Source: Octopus vulgaris
Lineage: Eukaryota
Assembly (NCBI GenBank): GCA_951406725.2
Contig: OX597829.1
Coordinates: forward strand, 26,722,001 to 26,786,000
Reading direction: 5' to 3'
DNA: 64,000 nt
The position numbers and the translations under genes were made by a program. The notes beneath the pieces were generated by a model that was not told where the DNA came from, searched no databases, and was given only the letters and a program-made list of their open reading frames with translations. Below are positions 61,684-64,000 of the stretch, in pieces. Numbering within the stretch: the stretch's first letter is position 1; every line of letters starts with the position of its first letter.

Positions 61684-63071
61684 TAACTTCTAATATAGGA
61701 TAAAATTTTTCCAAAATTTCATCAAGTGGCCAGCATATTAAAAATACCTTTTAAGGTGGAAATTATAAACAATTATAAATAAGAGCAAAAGAAAAAATTT
61801 CTATGCCAATATGCTGAGAAATAGACTTTAAATCATCAATCACCACATACAATATACATCACTATAAATACACATCATGTTGACTTGAAAGCAAGGTAAC
61901 AGAATTTTTTCTTTTTAATTCATTATCTCTGTATCGAACAATTTTGGGATTAATCCAGCAGATTTTTCCACTCATCAGCAGAGAATATGATAAGAAATAT
62001 ATGAAACACTTACATGCACCCATAAAGATTGTGGTGGTTGATGATTTAAAATCTATTTCTCAGCATAATGGCATTGGAAATTTTTTCTTTTGCCCTTATT
62101 TATAATTGTTTATGTATATATGAGAGAGAGAGAGAGGCGAAAAACTACCTGGAGGGCAGTATAGCTGATACTATATAATTTGTTTTTGTTGCCTCCAATA
62201 GAAGTTCTATGTGCAACATCAGTTGAAGTGGCCAAATAGCTTCAAATCAAATCAACTTGAGATTTGAAAACCCTTGGAAAAAAAAACTATAAAGATTGTT
62301 CATTGTGCAAGTAAAATGCAACAATCAGAATATGGTTTTGCATTGAAAACAGTACTCCTTGGAATCCTATTTATATAATCATCACCATTGTCGTAATGTA
62401 TTTGAATCTTTTTAAAAGTTGGCATCTTATAACTCACTGGGTTTCTTTGTCATTGAGTATTCAGAACAGCAATAGAACAAACTGGCTGCCTTTGCTATGT
62501 ATGTCTATAAATACAGTTTCTTTTTCTCTATCTGACTACCCTTCCAATCACACAGATGTCTGTGTGTGTGTGTGTGTGGTGTTGATGTAAAAACATAGAC
62601 ACTAGCAGCTAATGGCAGCAGTGGGTATTGTTGCATTGATGATGGTGATGGCAGTAGATGGTAGTGATACTGCTCACATTACAGCAGTGAACCTATAAGA
62701 TGACAACAGGTTCCAAAGATGATATCCATTGTGTTTATTTGTTTTTAGTTCAAGTAAAAACAAAGGTTGGACACGCATTTTGACCTCAGAAATAATTGGA
62801 TTAATAATTTTTTGTAAAGAATATAAAAGTTGCTTGTTAATTTCTAATTTAGTTCCATTGTAATTAGAAACTTATTTTGTTGATAATAAAGATCATGACA
62901 TATATTTCATGTGATTGTTCCATTATACCTTATAGAGTTTCAAGTTGTTCATTGTAATTTCGGTTATTTTCTTCATTCAGCCTGTAACTAGTCAACTTAA
63001 CTGGAATCCACTTGAAAATTTGGGCAATTTAGATTTTTATGGTCAAAGACCCTGGAGACAAGGACATCAAA
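48906..63071 (+). CDS. TRAPPC11: Trafficking protein particle complex subunit 11, 5' part (10 coding exons, ~399 codons); gene continues beyond the window
   Basis: Spliced translation matches the TRAPPC11 N-terminus ([25 protein letters not shown]; [14 protein letters not shown]; [13 protein letters not shown]; [38 protein letters not shown]; [12 protein letters not shown]). All introns are GT-AG with consistent phases. Confidence 0.95.
50487..50718. mobile_element. hAT-type MITE
   Basis: Termini cagtgactccca / tgagaaacactg, perfect 8-bp TSD CATTAGAG. Confidence 0.82.
50983..51026 (-). ncRNA. Degenerate hammerhead motif, left arm of the fold-back
   Basis: On -: gacac-CTGATGA-A-GGCTG..CAGCC-GAAAC-gtgtt, lacking the 3-nt cleavage segment. 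Confidence 0.6.
51085..51156 (+). pseudogene. tRNA-like Pol III head (SINE-type, not a functional tRNA)
   Basis: A-box tggtgtagtggtt, anticodon-like arm ggg-ctactaa-ccc, B-box gttcgattcc; poorly paired acceptor and T stems. Confidence 0.65.
51222..51267 (+). ncRNA. Hammerhead motif, right arm of the fold-back
   Basis: gaaac-CTGATGA-A-GGCTG gaaggtatat CAGCC-GAAAC-ATT-gtgtt. Confidence 0.65.
51362..51534 (+). CDS. TRAPPC11: TRAPPC11 coding exon 2
   Basis: [15 protein letters not shown]...ECATRVEIV; ag/gt boundaries. Confidence 0.93.
52405..52475 (+). CDS. TRAPPC11: TRAPPC11 coding exon 3
   Basis: [23 protein letters not shown]; ag/gt, phase 2 to 1. Confidence 0.9.
52905..52948 (+). ncRNA. 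Hammerhead-like motif inside a ~120-bp hairpin (52848-52968)
   Basis: agacagc-CTGATGA-C-AGTT ggta AACT-GAAAC-ttcaaa-GTC-act; an inverted degenerate copy forms the other arm. Confidence 0.55.
53654..53768 (+). CDS. TRAPPC11: TRAPPC11 coding exon 4
   Basis: [37 protein letters not shown]; ag/gt. Confidence 0.92.
56018..56117 (+). CDS. TRAPPC11: TRAPPC11 coding exon 5
   Basis: [33 protein letters not shown]; ag/gt. Confidence 0.92.
56805..56878 (+). CDS. TRAPPC11: TRAPPC11 coding exon 6
   Basis: [24 protein letters not shown]; ag/gt. Confidence 0.92.
57360..57730 (+). mobile_element. Decayed mariner transposase fragment
   Basis: [37 protein letters not shown] and [13 protein letters not shown], with frameshifts. 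Confidence 0.8.
57790..57886 (+). CDS. TRAPPC11: TRAPPC11 coding exon 7
   Basis: [32 protein letters not shown]; ag/gt. Confidence 0.92.
59097..59230 (+). CDS. TRAPPC11: TRAPPC11 coding exon 8
   Basis: [23 protein letters not shown]...FEHNAWMSK; ag/gt. Confidence 0.93.
60786..60927 (+). CDS. TRAPPC11: TRAPPC11 coding exon 9
   Basis: [47 protein letters not shown]; ag/gt. Confidence 0.93.
61524..61608 (+). ncRNA. Type I hammerhead motif with long stem II
   Basis: tagact-CTGATGA-A-GCTATAAG...CTTATAGC-A-GAAAC-AGCT-GT-A-agcta. Confidence 0.65.
61926..61984 (-). ncRNA. Degenerate hammerhead motif
   Basis: On -: tctctg-CTGATGA-GTGGA...TCCC-AAAA (from GAAA)-ttgttcg-ATA-cagaga. Confidence 0.5.
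62981..63071 (+). CDS. TRAPPC11: TRAPPC11 coding exon 10
   Basis: [30 protein letters not shown]; ag/gt. Confidence 0.9.
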
Positions 63072-63663
63072 GTAAGTGACATTTTTTTGTACACACTCTC
63101 TCTCTTTCTCTCTCTCTCCATGATCCCTATTTTTAAAAAGCAGGTTACCTCAGTTCTTTAATAATTAGAGGGTTTTTTTGTCTTTTGGGGTTTTTTTTAA
63201 GGAAACTGCCTAATTATTTTTAAAACTGTTACACTGTACTTGTGCTGCTATTGCTGTGGTGACAATGCTGAGAATATTTTGATCTTGTCAGACCTCAGCA
63301 GCAAGGCAAAGCCTGACTATCGCTCCTTGAATAATTAGAAATATACATAAAGAGTTCTGCAAATAATCACTGAATGGTATGATAAATTAAAGGAAAATGC
63401 CTAGGGATACCTGCTGTCTAGCTGAAAATAATCATCATCACCATTATATAGTGAACAGTTTGAGCCTTCAAGTTATACCTACTCAATAAGGATATAAGCC
63501 GTTTTGAGTTCATGGATTTATTTTTTGTTCCTCTCCACTATCACACACACACACACACTGTTGCCAACACTTAGCCTGTTTCCAGACAAGGTAAAATTTC
63601 TCCCATGAAAGGCTGAAGATAATAGAATACTGAAACATGGATGCACACATGCATATATACATA

Positions 63664-63916
63664 CAGGGGTGGGTGAAAAAGTAGGTATACAGTTATAAAA
63701 AAAAGACCCCATGTACAATACTTGTTTTTATTGAAAAAATTAAAAGCTAGCTTCATTTTTGATATTTTCAGTGTCACTTATCATAATACATTAATTATAA
63801 CTATAATAATACTTTTATTGTAACTTTTAATTTATTTTTTTTGATAAAAATAAATGAGTATTGTATGTGTTTTCTTTTTTCATAACTGTAAACCTACTTT
63901 TGCACCACTACCCCCT
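63664..63916. mobile_element. Tc1/mariner-type MITE
   Basis: ~40-bp inverted ends (aaaagtaggtatacagttataaaaaa / ttttttcataactgtaaacctactttt) with TA flanks. Confidence 0.65.
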
Positions 63917-64000
63917 ATATATATATACCAGGGTTCTTTCAGTTTTCATCTACCATATCCATCACAAGGCTTTGGTTGACCCAGTGCTGAGGTGCCATAC

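Overview
AT-rich, intron-containing animal genomic DNA, most likely an octopus or other coleoid cephalopod. This is inferred from the tRNA-derived SINE families, (CAT)n-tailed RTE LINEs and dense microsatellites, and was not checked against a database. Three protein-coding genes can be read: (1) an unrecognised 7-coding-exon gene on + (34-14249, ~594 aa, low-complexity N-terminus and C-terminal coiled coil); (2) an intronless KIF-binding protein gene (KIFBP/KBP) on - (36028-37890); (3) the first 10 coding exons (~399 codons) of TRAPPC11 on + (48906-63071, continuing past the window), arranged head-to-head with KIFBP. The rest is mostly decayed transposons: SINEs, RTE, CR1-like and R4-like LINEs, Tc1, mariner, MULE, hAT and TTAA-type MITEs, plus a 5S rRNA pseudogene. 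The most striking signal that these features do not explain is a set of at least seven minimal type I hammerhead-ribozyme (HHR) motifs. Most lie inside short fold-back elements next to (TA)n tracts, and a Penelope-like GIY-YIG relic is also present. One element places a tRNA-like Pol III head between two inverted HHR-bearing arms just upstream of a TRAPPC11 exon. One HHR (10127-10190) looks fully intact and is in sense orientation within an intron. All folds and homologies were read by eye; none were computed.
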